This document shows positions 31,874-40,938 of a stretch of 64,000 nucleotides of DNA, in pieces. Position 1 is the first letter of the stretch; each line of letters begins with the position of its first letter. This DNA is from a virus (taxonomy: Duplodnaviria > Caudoviricetes). Below the pieces are notes generated by a model, which was not told where the DNA came from, ran no database searches, and saw only the letters and a program-made list of their open reading frames with translations. The position numbers and the translations under genes are program-made. Where the stretch lies: IMG/VR virus record IMGVR_UViG_3300027708_000029, positions 1 through 64,000 of that record; one strand, written 5' to 3'.

Positions 31874-32321
31874 TTTTAATTTCCTTACTATCTATTTGTT
31901 TAATTAAGCTTAGGGGTTTTTTCCAACAAATATCACATAATTCATATGTATCAATATTATCTGTAATTATCTCAATATTATCCTTCATATACATATTATA
32001 CCAAAAGCCATATGGAAGAGAAGAATTTTTATTCCATTCAACTTCTGGCATATACAAGATTTGTTTTTTTGGAACAGGAAATGTTTGTGTTAGCATTGCG
32101 CTCTTGGTATCAAAAACAAATAAAATTCCATCAAAATACTTAGCTTGCTGAATATGCAGGGTGTAGTACTTATTGTTCATATCAATTCTATTATATTGAT
32201 TATTAAATAATACAATATTATCATATGGACATAATTTACATAGATCGTTTAATGCTGTAAGAATATTATTCTGTGCTGGGGAGTTTGGTAATATGTCTAG
32301 TAGATAAAAGCCGATATCCAT
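31842..32321 (-). CDS. Hypothetical protein, single Rossmann domain resembling half of a GT-B fold
   Basis: Alpha/beta pattern at the end of the GT cluster; weak. Confidence 0.4.
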   Translation of the reverse strand: MDIGFYLLDILPNSPAQNNILTALNDLCKLCPYDNIVLFNNQYNRIDMNNKYYTLHIQQAKYFDGILFVFDTKSAMLTQTFPVPKKQILYMPEVEWNKNSSLPYGFWYNMYMKDNIEIITDNIDTYELCDICWKKPLSLIKQIDSKEIKNVIDKVQTTI

Positions 32322-32323
32322 AA

Positions 32324-33106
32324 TTAACCCTCAAAAACGGTTGGTAAAAATTGATTTTGAATATAATATTTGAATGATGAAATCTCTAAGTCATAAATCT
32401 TATTTTTCAAAATCTTATTAGCGATATTAGAAGAAATGTCATTTGTTATTTCTATGTTGTCGATACCACAAACTTGTGATTCAATAGAATATTTATCGTC
32501 TAAATCTATTAAACATTCATAGTTATTTAGTATCAAACAAGCATCATGCTGATTTAATACTCCTACGTTTTGTGGAGGATTGAACGTTGGAGAATTGAAT
32601 AAAACCAATCTTTCCTTGCTATGAGGATATAGCATCGGTCCTACTATATCAATATTTTTTTGATTATCTTCTGATAACATTACAGCAATTTTATTATTCC
32701 TGGGTTTTTCAGGATTAATTCTGGTAAAAATATTACTATCATACAATTTAGAATAAAGTAGCGGATTTTCTACATCTGTAACTAAACATTCTTTTTTCCC
32801 AGCTAATGTGATTTTATTCAGATTCCAGTATTCAATTAATTGTTTATCTGGAATATTAGCATTAATGAAAATTATTATTTTAACAGATTTGTTGTATTCA
32901 TTAATAAAGTCATGGAATTCTTGAGTATATTCTTTTGCTGGTAAAATTATTACATTTGGTCTATGAATATGAAATAATTCAAATAAATTACCATGAACAC
33001 CAAGAGCTATAATTTCAATATTATCTGAAACTACAGAGTTTAAATTTTGGATGAAAGAGAGATATTCGCTCTCTTTTGCTATATGTATTAAAATTTTGTT
33101 TTTCAT
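32324..33106 (-). CDS. Degenerate GT-B-like protein
   Basis: YDSNIF...ILNNYECLIDLDDKYSIESQVCG resembles the GT4 C-terminal 'EA.ACG' region. Confidence 0.45.
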   Translation of the reverse strand: MKNKILIHIAKESEYLSFIQNLNSVVSDNIEIIALGVHGNLFELFHIHRPNVIILPAKEYTQEFHDFINEYNKSVKIIIFINANIPDKQLIEYWNLNKITLAGKKECLVTDVENPLLYSKLYDSNIFTRINPEKPRNNKIAVMLSEDNQKNIDIVGPMLYPHSKERLVLFNSPTFNPPQNVGVLNQHDACLILNNYECLIDLDDKYSIESQVCGIDNIEITNDISSNIANKILKNKIYDLEISSFKYYIQNQFLPTVFEG

Positions 33107-33109
33107 TAT

Positions 33110-33802
33110 TTAATCTTTAATTTTATGTTTATCTTTCATCCCTATGATATTTATAATTGAATCGTTATTTACAATAATTTGTTCATATTTTGCATCATTA
33201 GTGATAGACTTATTTATTACTTCAAATAAAAACATATTATCGTAATAAGATGTGATATTATTTTTTATCAAATCAATATCTTGATTACAAATATAAACAC
33301 TATCACACCAAGCATAATCTCCAATATCATAAAAAATATAGTCTACTTGTCCTTTATTATCTGTTCTCGCCCCCAAAAATTTTGTGTTTTGTTGAGATTT
33401 TTTTATAGTTTTGGAAAGAATCCATGATTTTTTTGTAGAAAGATTTTTATGGGGCGATAAGTTTCTGATCAGTGTTCCACTATTGATAATAAAAATTCCA
33501 TCATAGCTGTCTAGTTCATAATTAGCTAAAATGAGTTTTAGTGCATAACCTTGATTCTTAGTGTCAAATTCATTATTGCTTATTGTTTTAATGTCGGTAG
33601 GTATTTTTTTATGTAGTTTATCTCCTCCAAATCCAGAAATGATAGATATATCTGTTTTTGGGAAAAGATTTTTTAAGTTATTAATTTGACACAAAATTAA
33701 TTCTCTATTAAACCCATTAGACTTTAAAAGTCCAATTGGTCCAAAAGATTTCATTCCTTTTGTTATCTCATAGGATAAAATAAAACACGCTATTCTGCTC
33801 AT
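33110..33802 (-). CDS. Sugar/choline-phosphate nucleotidyltransferase-like protein (degenerate)
   Basis: ILSYEITKGMKSFGPIGLL...IISGFG...N.EF..N fits the NTP-transferase fold, but the Gly-rich loop is altered. Confidence 0.55.
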   Translation of the reverse strand: MSRIACFILSYEITKGMKSFGPIGLLKSNGFNRELILCQINNLKNLFPKTDISIISGFGGDKLHKKIPTDIKTISNNEFDTKNQGYALKLILANYELDSYDGIFIINSGTLIRNLSPHKNLSTKKSWILSKTIKKSQQNTKFLGARTDNKGQVDYIFYDIGDYAWCDSVYICNQDIDLIKNNITSYYDNMFLFEVINKSITNDAKYEQIIVNNDSIINIIGMKDKHKIKD

Positions 33803-34215
33803 TTACTTTTTTCAATTACTGCAATAGAATATACATCTTCATGAACATGCTTTAATAAATTGAAACCATTCAAACCAGATACAAATCCAAGAAAATCAGT
33901 TTCCATCCATGAAGATTTCAAACCATTAATCAAAGATGAAAATGCCTCGCTAGATAAACTACCATTTTTAATTTTATGGGCTAATGATTCTGGATTTAAA
34001 AATTTCACTGTTATAGAACCCCCATGATTTAATTTTTTACATAGTTCCATAAAAATTTTGTTTCTATTATCTTGGTCTACTTTATCTATAGTTGTAAAGA
34101 CAATATTATTCACATATCCATTGGTAACTTGAAAAATATTTTCTGTACTAATATTAGAATATCCTATTACAGTATCTTTTTCTTTATCTACAACAACATT
34201 GATTTGATTAATCAT
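33799..34215 (-). CDS. Truncated class I SAM-methyltransferase-like protein
   Basis: ELCKKLNHGGSITV matches the 'L.PGG.L' region; no clear GxG motif I. Confidence 0.4.
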   Translation of the reverse strand: MINQINVVVDKEKDTVIGYSNISTENIFQVTNGYVNNIVFTTIDKVDQDNRNKIFMELCKKLNHGGSITVKFLNPESLAHKIKNGSLSSEAFSSLINGLKSSWMETDFLGFVSGLNGFNLLKHVHEDVYSIAVIEKSK

Positions 34216-35135
34216 AGCGTAAATGCCTCTCTATTAGCTTTTTGTATTATATTACTCATAATGGTACTAAAATTATTGAAATCAAATTGGTTAAGTATAG
34301 CTTCTGAATTATTTTTTCTTTCTTCATCATTGATATCAAGTATTTGGGCTAGTGCAGGAAAGATTTCTTCTATATTATTTATGAATGTTAATCCATTTAT
34401 GTTTAGGTATTCTTCTGATGTTATAGGTGATTTTATCGATATTCCAGCGCACCCTGATGCTATTCCACACAGAAGATTTAAAACATTATGCTCTGCTAGA
34501 TCAACACATACTTTATAATTATTCATTGTAGAATTTATAACTTCAATGGGAATCCTAAAAGAGCTCATAATATCACAAGAATAATTTTTTTCAATTAATG
34601 CTGCTTGTATTTGTTGTGCATATGGCGAATTATCACAATTTAAAATCAATACATCTTTTCTTTTTGTGGTACTATTGACGTATTGAAAAGCTCTAGGTAC
34701 TCCATATTTCAAAACTATACTATTGTCTAGTCTCCAAGAATTTTTGGCAGATTCTGAGAAAAATATTTTGGTTTCTTTTTTGAGTCTTTGACTCATAAGA
34801 ACCAAATCTTCTTTTTTTACATTTTGTGGTTTATGTGAGTGTGTTAAAATAATTGTGTTTAAATGAAATTGTTTGATAGTTGGATTGGTTGTATAATTTA
34901 AAAGTCTATTGGTGATGCATAGATTGTAATTATATAGAGAAAGGTGATGATTTGGTAAATCAATCATATTATCAAGTTCGTAATGAATATTATTACTACC
35001 AAATATATAATACTTATGTTTATCTATAGCTGAGATACAGTGATCTATAATATTATTTTGTGGATAGTAAATTACATTATAGTTGTCTTCTGTAATTTTT
35101 TGCAATATATTTCCAGTAACAAAACTCAAATACAT
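34212..35135 (-). CDS. GT-B-like protein (degenerate GT4)
   Basis: IFFSESAKNSW...YGVP...MNNYKVCVD...LLCGIASGC. Confidence 0.5.
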   Translation of the reverse strand: MYLSFVTGNILQKITEDNYNVIYYPQNNIIDHCISAIDKHKYYIFGSNNIHYELDNMIDLPNHHLSLYNYNLCITNRLLNYTTNPTIKQFHLNTIILTHSHKPQNVKKEDLVLMSQRLKKETKIFFSESAKNSWRLDNSIVLKYGVPRAFQYVNSTTKRKDVLILNCDNSPYAQQIQAALIEKNYSCDIMSSFRIPIEVINSTMNNYKVCVDLAEHNVLNLLCGIASGCAGISIKSPITSEEYLNINGLTFINNIEEIFPALAQILDINDEERKNNSEAILNQFDFNNFSTIMSNIIQKANREAFTL

Positions 35136-36250
35136 AGTTTTTTCCCTATTGTCTCATAGCTAAATTGATCAATTAATTTTAATCCTAGTTCTTTTTTCTG
35201 TTCCCATTCTTTTTTATTGGTCTTATATAGAGAATATGCTGCTCTCATTTTTTCTATAAGATCATAGATATTTACCTGATACCAATATTCGTTAGCATTA
35301 TAAATATCAAATTCATCTGGTAAAATTTTATTATCTAGTATAACTGGTGTTCTATGACTTTGTACAATATAGCCGTTCTTATTGTCAATAAAATCTATCA
35401 TTCCAGTATTATCTGGCACTATTGGAGTTTTACCAAGAACCAGCGCTTCTGCTGCTGTTCTACCAAAAGATTCTGCTTTTGAAGTAGAAACAAAACAATC
35501 GCAACAATTATGTAATCTAATAGAATTTTCATAAGATAGTTCTTCAGTAATGATAACTTCTTTTTTATATCTATGGCTAATATTAAGTCTTTTTTTAATA
35601 TCTTCTATTTCTTTCTCTATTAATTTATAAGAATCTCCAATAGACATATTGGATATATTGGTTTTTATAATTAACGACACTGGTTGATTAATATCAAAAG
35701 CTAAATGAAAAGCAGTAATTAAATCTTTAAGATTAGCTCTTTCATTATAGTCCCCCATATAATAAAACTTGAAGGTTTGTTTAATCATTGGGTGTAGGTC
35801 TAGTTCTTTATCTCTATTATTATTAATTAAACCAATATCTAATGGTTGAGATATAACTTTAATTGATTTAGTAACACCAGATTTTCTTAAACATTTTTCT
35901 TCTTGTGTACTAGCTACCCAAATTTCATCCATTTGATTAATATTGAACATAGAGATAGAATTAGAAATATTATTTGTGTCTAATTTGATACATCCAATAT
36001 GCTTTTTAAATTTGCCATTATAAAATAAACAATGTGGTAGTGTCTGCTGTATAACAGCATCATAGGAATCATACAAAGAATTTTCATATTCTAGTATGTC
36101 TCTATCAATTTTTTCCGATGGCGAACCTAAAAATATAGGTCTGGTAGTCAAATTATATTTTTGTTGAGAAGCTATCGCTTTAATATAGCTTTGAGAAGCT
36201 AATCCAGAATCATCTTGTTGTCTATATGGTCCCAAAAATAATGCGTTCAT
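35126..36250 (-). CDS. Glycosyltransferase family 4
   Basis: CDCFVSTSKAESFGRTAAEALVLGKTPIV GT4 signature. Confidence 0.85.
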   Translation of the reverse strand: MNALFLGPYRQQDDSGLASQSYIKAIASQQKYNLTTRPIFLGSPSEKIDRDILEYENSLYDSYDAVIQQTLPHCLFYNGKFKKHIGCIKLDTNNISNSISMFNINQMDEIWVASTQEEKCLRKSGVTKSIKVISQPLDIGLINNNRDKELDLHPMIKQTFKFYYMGDYNERANLKDLITAFHLAFDINQPVSLIIKTNISNMSIGDSYKLIEKEIEDIKKRLNISHRYKKEVIITEELSYENSIRLHNCCDCFVSTSKAESFGRTAAEALVLGKTPIVPDNTGMIDFIDNKNGYIVQSHRTPVILDNKILPDEFDIYNANEYWYQVNIYDLIEKMRAAYSLYKTNKKEWEQKKELGLKLIDQFSYETIGKKLCI

Positions 36251-37914
36251 TTGATACTTTCTTTCATATGAGCATATTGAATAAAGTCTTCTTCTCTTAA
36301 AGTATTTTGATTATTTTTTACATTTTGGGCTACATTATTGTTAGTGATGATATTGTTTATAGAATTTATCGCGTGTTCAGGAGTATATGGCTCAGTATGC
36401 ATTCCATTAATAGAAAACCCATAGTCTAAATCTCTAATCATATTTAGCAATATTAAGGATGAAGTTAATTGGTGCTGCGGCATATGTTTGGATACGGCAC
36501 CAGTAATGGCATCATATGGACTAATATTAGGAGGCAAGTTATTAATGGGTTCTAGCATTGGTAGGCTTTCTTTCCATTTGCCTTGTAATCCTTTTAGGAC
36601 TACGCTATCAAAATATTTTTCCCATTTTTTAGCTATATTATCCCAATTATAATGTTGCTCAGTAAGCTTGCGTGTTTCAAATCTTTTCTGTTGTTTAAGA
36701 AAATCTGGCAAAGAAAGATAGTTATATAAAATTTCTACTAAATGATCATTATCCGGATACACTCTAACAGCTTTAGTTTCTAGCTCTTTAAAATACTGGT
36801 TAATTCTAATAGGATATCCACCAACTTTACGAACAACATCGCTCATAGCGCTATAATCTACAGATGCAATCGGAACACCACAAGCCGATGCTTCAACTTG
36901 AGGCATACCAAACCCTTCGCAAATAGCATATTGAACATATATGTCAAAAGAATTCATAAGCATATTTAATGTCTGGGAAGATACGCCAGCGCCAACATTA
37001 GGAAGAGAAAATGCTTTTTGACTACATCTTGGACAATGAGCCATAGGATGTTGATATAAACAAGGATAAAAATACCCACAGTTTTTGCAGCTGTAGGAGA
37101 ATAGTACTCTATTACCCACCTTATATTCTTTTAGTAATTGAGGAAGATCCCAACCTGCATCAGGATAACTAGTATGAAGATAGAGGTAAGTTTTTTCTCC
37201 TATTGGATTATTTTCTGCTTGTAATTTTGATAGGAAGGATTTAAGACTTGAAAATAGTTCAGGAATAAGTTTCCTTTTTTGATTCCTCATTACAGAACCG
37301 ATAATAAAACTATCCGGGTCAAGTCCAAGATGACTCTTTAATTGTTTTCTATCCTCTATCATATTAAATGTATTTAGATCAACACCCGGAGATGTGGTGT
37401 CTATATATTTAATTTTATTATTACTCTGTTTTAACAAGGTTTCTTTACCAAAATCGGAATAGGTAAAGATCGCATCTGCTTGTAAAAAAGTGTCAATCCA
37501 TTCTTCCTGTTGTGGAGCAGAGTCCACGGTTGGCATAAGTACCCAATGGAAAAATGGTCGTAATGGCGAAAATTGCTGATACGAACTCATCCAGTAATCT
37601 CTAACATCAAATACAATATCTGGCTGGAAATCTAATAAGACTCTTTCAAATCTCCAACGACCAAATTGATTTTCCATAGAGCTATTATATTCTTGACTTC
37701 TGGGATCTTTAGAATCCACAGCATTAGCATAATATTTCCAATGAATATCAACGTCTTTTGGATCATTCACTTTACCATAAGAAGCAAATTCTGCTATCTC
37801 ATATTTTCCGGTAGCATGAAGTCTTTTTAGTATTTCTCTGGCATATGTTCCAAAACCAGAACTTAGAAAGCTGGCCTCAGAACACATTAAAATTTTGAGT
37901 TTTTTGTTAGACAT
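36247..37914 (-). CDS. Glycosyltransferase family 4 with a zinc-ribbon insert
   Basis: SGFGTYA, RNQKRK, EGFGMPQVEASACGVP; CKNC...CPRC insert. Confidence 0.9.
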   Translation of the reverse strand: MSNKKLKILMCSEASFLSSGFGTYAREILKRLHATGKYEIAEFASYGKVNDPKDVDIHWKYYANAVDSKDPRSQEYNSSMENQFGRWRFERVLLDFQPDIVFDVRDYWMSSYQQFSPLRPFFHWVLMPTVDSAPQQEEWIDTFLQADAIFTYSDFGKETLLKQSNNKIKYIDTTSPGVDLNTFNMIEDRKQLKSHLGLDPDSFIIGSVMRNQKRKLIPELFSSLKSFLSKLQAENNPIGEKTYLYLHTSYPDAGWDLPQLLKEYKVGNRVLFSYSCKNCGYFYPCLYQHPMAHCPRCSQKAFSLPNVGAGVSSQTLNMLMNSFDIYVQYAICEGFGMPQVEASACGVPIASVDYSAMSDVVRKVGGYPIRINQYFKELETKAVRVYPDNDHLVEILYNYLSLPDFLKQQKRFETRKLTEQHYNWDNIAKKWEKYFDSVVLKGLQGKWKESLPMLEPINNLPPNISPYDAITGAVSKHMPQHQLTSSLILLNMIRDLDYGFSINGMHTEPYTPEHAINSINNIITNNNVAQNVKNNQNTLREEDFIQYAHMKESIK

Positions 37915-37941
37915 AAAAAACGGGGGTGTTTTTGCACCCCC
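37915..37941 (-). terminator. Intrinsic-terminator-like hairpin after ssb, abutting the next start codon
   Basis: On the minus strand: GGGGGTG-CAAAAA-CACCCCC-G-TTTTTT-ATG. Confidence 0.65.
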
Positions 37942-37969
37942 ATCTCTTAAAATGGTAAAGGGATTTAAT

Positions 37970-38341
37970 TTAGAAACTAACTACTTCTTCTGCCTGATCC
38001 TTGCTCTTCTTAGATAGTTTAGTAATCTTAGAAAAGTTATTAACACGAACCTTTAGGGAATTATGCTTAACACCATCCTTTTCCCATGAGTCGTTCCTGA
38101 GAGATCCTTCGACCAAAACAAAATCACCCTTCTTAAATGACTGACCGATAATTTCGGCACCACTATCCCATGCTTCACAAGGAACGAATGTTGTTACCTT
38201 ATCTCGCTCACCATTTGCCTTCGTGTATTCCCTAGAAACAGCTACAGTAAAATTAACTACCGAAGTCTGCTTACCATTTGTATTTACTACACGCATCTCA
38301 GGGTCTCTAGCTAAATTACCACGTAGAATATTAATATTCAT
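37970..38341 (-). CDS. ssb: Single-stranded DNA-binding protein
   Basis: ILRGNLARDPEMR...FTVAV...GSLRNDSWE; AAGGAG RBS supports the ATG at 38341 rather than 38392. Confidence 0.95.
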   Translation of the reverse strand: MNINILRGNLARDPEMRVVNTNGKQTSVVNFTVAVSREYTKANGERDKVTTFVPCEAWDSGAEIIGQSFKKGDFVLVEGSLRNDSWEKDGVKHNSLKVRVNNFSKITKLSKKSKDQAEEVVSF

Positions 38342-38392
38342 CAAGTTCTCCTTAAAATAAAAAACCAAGGTCCAAAAAACGAACTGCTCCAT

Positions 38393-38420
38393 ATTATAGA
38401 CCGAGAGGAGCCAGCGTCAA
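38393..38420 (-). promoter_or_regulatory. Sigma70-type promoter for ssb
   Basis: TTGACG-16 nt-TATAAT. Confidence 0.7.
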
Positions 38421-40048
38421 GTCTTAGGAATATACGTCTTTTCAACTATTAACGAATCACCAGACTTGGCTCTGTTTCCTTTAATAATGATTACATTACC
38501 ATCAAATAAAATATTTCGATAAGCCTTATATGCTTCTGGAAAGAACACAACAGAGTCTATTACTCCTGTACCATCACTCATAGTAACAAATGCCATCTCT
38601 TGACCGGGAGTCTTACCAGATTTAGTTTTAGTAACACCCACATTCTCTATCTCTCCACATAAAATAATATTATCTTTAAGAGTAGTATTCTTAAAATCTT
38701 TACAAGTTGTATTAGTCATTGTAATATCATACATATCAACTTTAGAACAGGTAATACTGCATCCTAAGAAAGCATCTTCTGCATCAGAGATCCAGTCTGG
38801 ATTATCTTCCAAAGAATATGGGGGTTTATTATAGCTGTTAATTAAATCAAGTATGATACTTTTCCTGTTCTTGTTAGATTTACCATTATGATACAAATCA
38901 TATAAGGCATCTCCAATAGATTTATATTGATGCAAGTTGGCTAGGATGAAATCTGATTCTTTTTTTGTTAATTCAGACACTAAACCAAATTCAAATAACA
39001 TACTTGTTCTTTGTTTACCCAAATAAGAAACAGCACCACTTTGAATCAAAGCTTTGGCCGATGTAGAATTGATATTTATCAAAACCTTCATCAGCATTTC
39101 AACCCAATTCATAGTGTCAAAATCTAGTTTTTTATCCGTTTTAATTTTAATCAATTTATCAAAAACAGATTGTCCAAACCCTTTAATATCTGTTAATCCA
39201 AAATAGATCTTGTTGTCTTTTAAGATAAATAGTTGATTTAGATTCCTAATATCAGGTATACAGACAGGAACATCCATCTCATTAGCATTTTGCACTAACT
39301 CTTTGATTTCTGCTTTAGGATCAATTTTATCTTTAGCAAATCTCAAATAGGCTGCAAAAAAGATTTTTGGAAAATGAGCTTTTGTATATGCTGATAAATA
39401 ACTATTAATAGCATAACTAACAGCATGGGATTTATTAAAAGAATATCTTTGAGATTTTTCAATCCAGCCGAAAATTTCTTCTGCTTGAGAAGTAGCTACT
39501 GTTCCTATTTTTTCTGTACCTTCTAAGAACTTAATTTTAATCTTAGCCATTTCTTCTGGTTTCTTTTTACCAATGGCTTTTCTTAACATATCTGCTTCTT
39601 GAAGATCAAAGCCAGCTACAATCTTAGCGATTTCCATAGCTTGTTCTTGATAAATCATTTCCCCATAAGTTCCCTTTAAAATAGGTTCTAAAGAGGGATG
39701 ATAATAATCTACAGACTCCTGACCATTCTTCTTATCTATAAAATGATTGGAAACTGATTTACCGTCTCTAAAAGCTTCCAAGCATCCTGGTCTCATAATA
39801 CTAATCAATGCAGAAAGCTGTTCTATATTCTCTGGCTTTAATTTTTTGGCCATAGATTTACCAAGTCTAGATTCCAATTGAAAACACCCTTTAGTATTTC
39901 CATCTGAAATTAAATCCCAAGTCTTCTGACACTCCAAACTAATCTCTTCTATTTTTGGATTAAATTTAAGAGTCATTCTGTCTTTGTCTTCATGTTCAGA
40001 CAGAATATCAAAAGAACAACCGCAACTATATTGAAATTTTTTAGGCAT
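38417..40048 (-). CDS. dnaE: DNA polymerase III alpha, C-terminal half (fingers/HhH/OB)
   Basis: GCFQLES, RPG, IYQEQAM, LRKAIGKK, YSFNKSHAVSY, MAFVTMSDGTG. Confidence 0.92.
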   Translation of the reverse strand: MPKKFQYSCGCSFDILSEHEDKDRMTLKFNPKIEEISLECQKTWDLISDGNTKGCFQLESRLGKSMAKKLKPENIEQLSALISIMRPGCLEAFRDGKSVSNHFIDKKNGQESVDYYHPSLEPILKGTYGEMIYQEQAMEIAKIVAGFDLQEADMLRKAIGKKKPEEMAKIKIKFLEGTEKIGTVATSQAEEIFGWIEKSQRYSFNKSHAVSYAINSYLSAYTKAHFPKIFFAAYLRFAKDKIDPKAEIKELVQNANEMDVPVCIPDIRNLNQLFILKDNKIYFGLTDIKGFGQSVFDKLIKIKTDKKLDFDTMNWVEMLMKVLININSTSAKALIQSGAVSYLGKQRTSMLFEFGLVSELTKKESDFILANLHQYKSIGDALYDLYHNGKSNKNRKSIILDLINSYNKPPYSLEDNPDWISDAEDAFLGCSITCSKVDMYDITMTNTTCKDFKNTTLKDNIILCGEIENVGVTKTKSGKTPGQEMAFVTMSDGTGVIDSVVFFPEAYKAYRNILFDGNVIIIKGNRAKSGDSLIVEKTYIPKT

Positions 40049-40745
40049 GAGATGTTGGTGATTGAAATGAGTCCTTAAACTTAATCTTATTTCCTAGGTT
40101 ACGATGTAGTCTCATAAAACGAACCAGAATTTCTGCACAATCCTTAACATCTTTGAGAGCATCATGGGCACCCTCTTTATTAATACCAAGATAATCTCTC
40201 AGAGTATCTAAAGAAAGATTTTTTAGATCGCTATTGTTTTCAAACCAATAGAAAACTAAATTCATAATATCTAATACATCTCTTGGATAAAAAATATCAC
40301 TTCTATCTTCTTTATTAGTATTACCATATTTGCGACTAAGTCTATCAATAATTGGTAGGTCGAACCTATTAATATTATAGCCAGCGGCAATAGGGGCACT
40401 AAATTGGCTCTTCTTACTAGACCTGCTATGGTGCATAGTCAAATAATTTGTAAATAACTTCCATGATTGATCTTGAGAGGGATATTTCTTCCACTCTGCT
40501 AAAATAGCCTCTTTTGAAGAACCTCTTACTTTAGCATGAAAATCTAATATGTCTGTAGTATATTGGTAATCTTCATCATTTGCCAAAACTTCTGGTTTAA
40601 AAAAGATATTAAATTCAGAATTGGGAACAATCTCTAATTTCAATGGATCAATAATCACTGCGGCAATCTGAACAGGACTACAAGACTTTGGGTCAGAGCC
40701 ATCTGTTTCAAAATCAAACACACAAATTTTGTTATAGTTAATCAT
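40041..40745 (-). CDS. dnaQ: DnaQ/epsilon-like 3'-5' exonuclease (DEDDh)
   Basis: VFDFETDG, AGYNINRFDL, AHDALKD. Confidence 0.9.
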   Translation of the reverse strand: MINYNKICVFDFETDGSDPKSCSPVQIAAVIIDPLKLEIVPNSEFNIFFKPEVLANDEDYQYTTDILDFHAKVRGSSKEAILAEWKKYPSQDQSWKLFTNYLTMHHSRSSKKSQFSAPIAAGYNINRFDLPIIDRLSRKYGNTNKEDRSDIFYPRDVLDIMNLVFYWFENNSDLKNLSLDTLRDYLGINKEGAHDALKDVKDCAEILVRFMRLHRNLGNKIKFKDSFQSPTSHA

Positions 40746-40936
40746 TCGGTGGTCTCAACCTCTACTTCTATTAATGGTAGAACCTGAATCTTTTGTTCTG
40801 GATTGTCTAATCTAGCAGCATTTATAACTGTACAACAACTAATTCTTTGTTCTTCAGTCTTAGTATACTTATTAAGTTCAAATGTAAATACCTTACCAAT
40901 AGCTAAATCCATAAATTTAATCTTTTGGGTTGCCAT
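40742..40936 (-). CDS. Small hypothetical beta-rich protein
   Basis: Fills the gap between dnaE-N and dnaQ with coupled overlaps; an AAAGGAG RBS precedes the ATG at 40936. Confidence 0.6.
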   Translation of the reverse strand: MATQKIKFMDLAIGKVFTFELNKYTKTEEQRISCCTVINAARLDNPEQKIQVLPLIEVEVETTE

Positions 40937-40938
40937 AA

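Noticed and set aside
38342-38392. Longer ssb start (MEQFVFW...)
   Set aside because: That ATG lies immediately after the -10 box, upstream of the likely TSS; the AAGGAG RBS and SSB homology support 38341.
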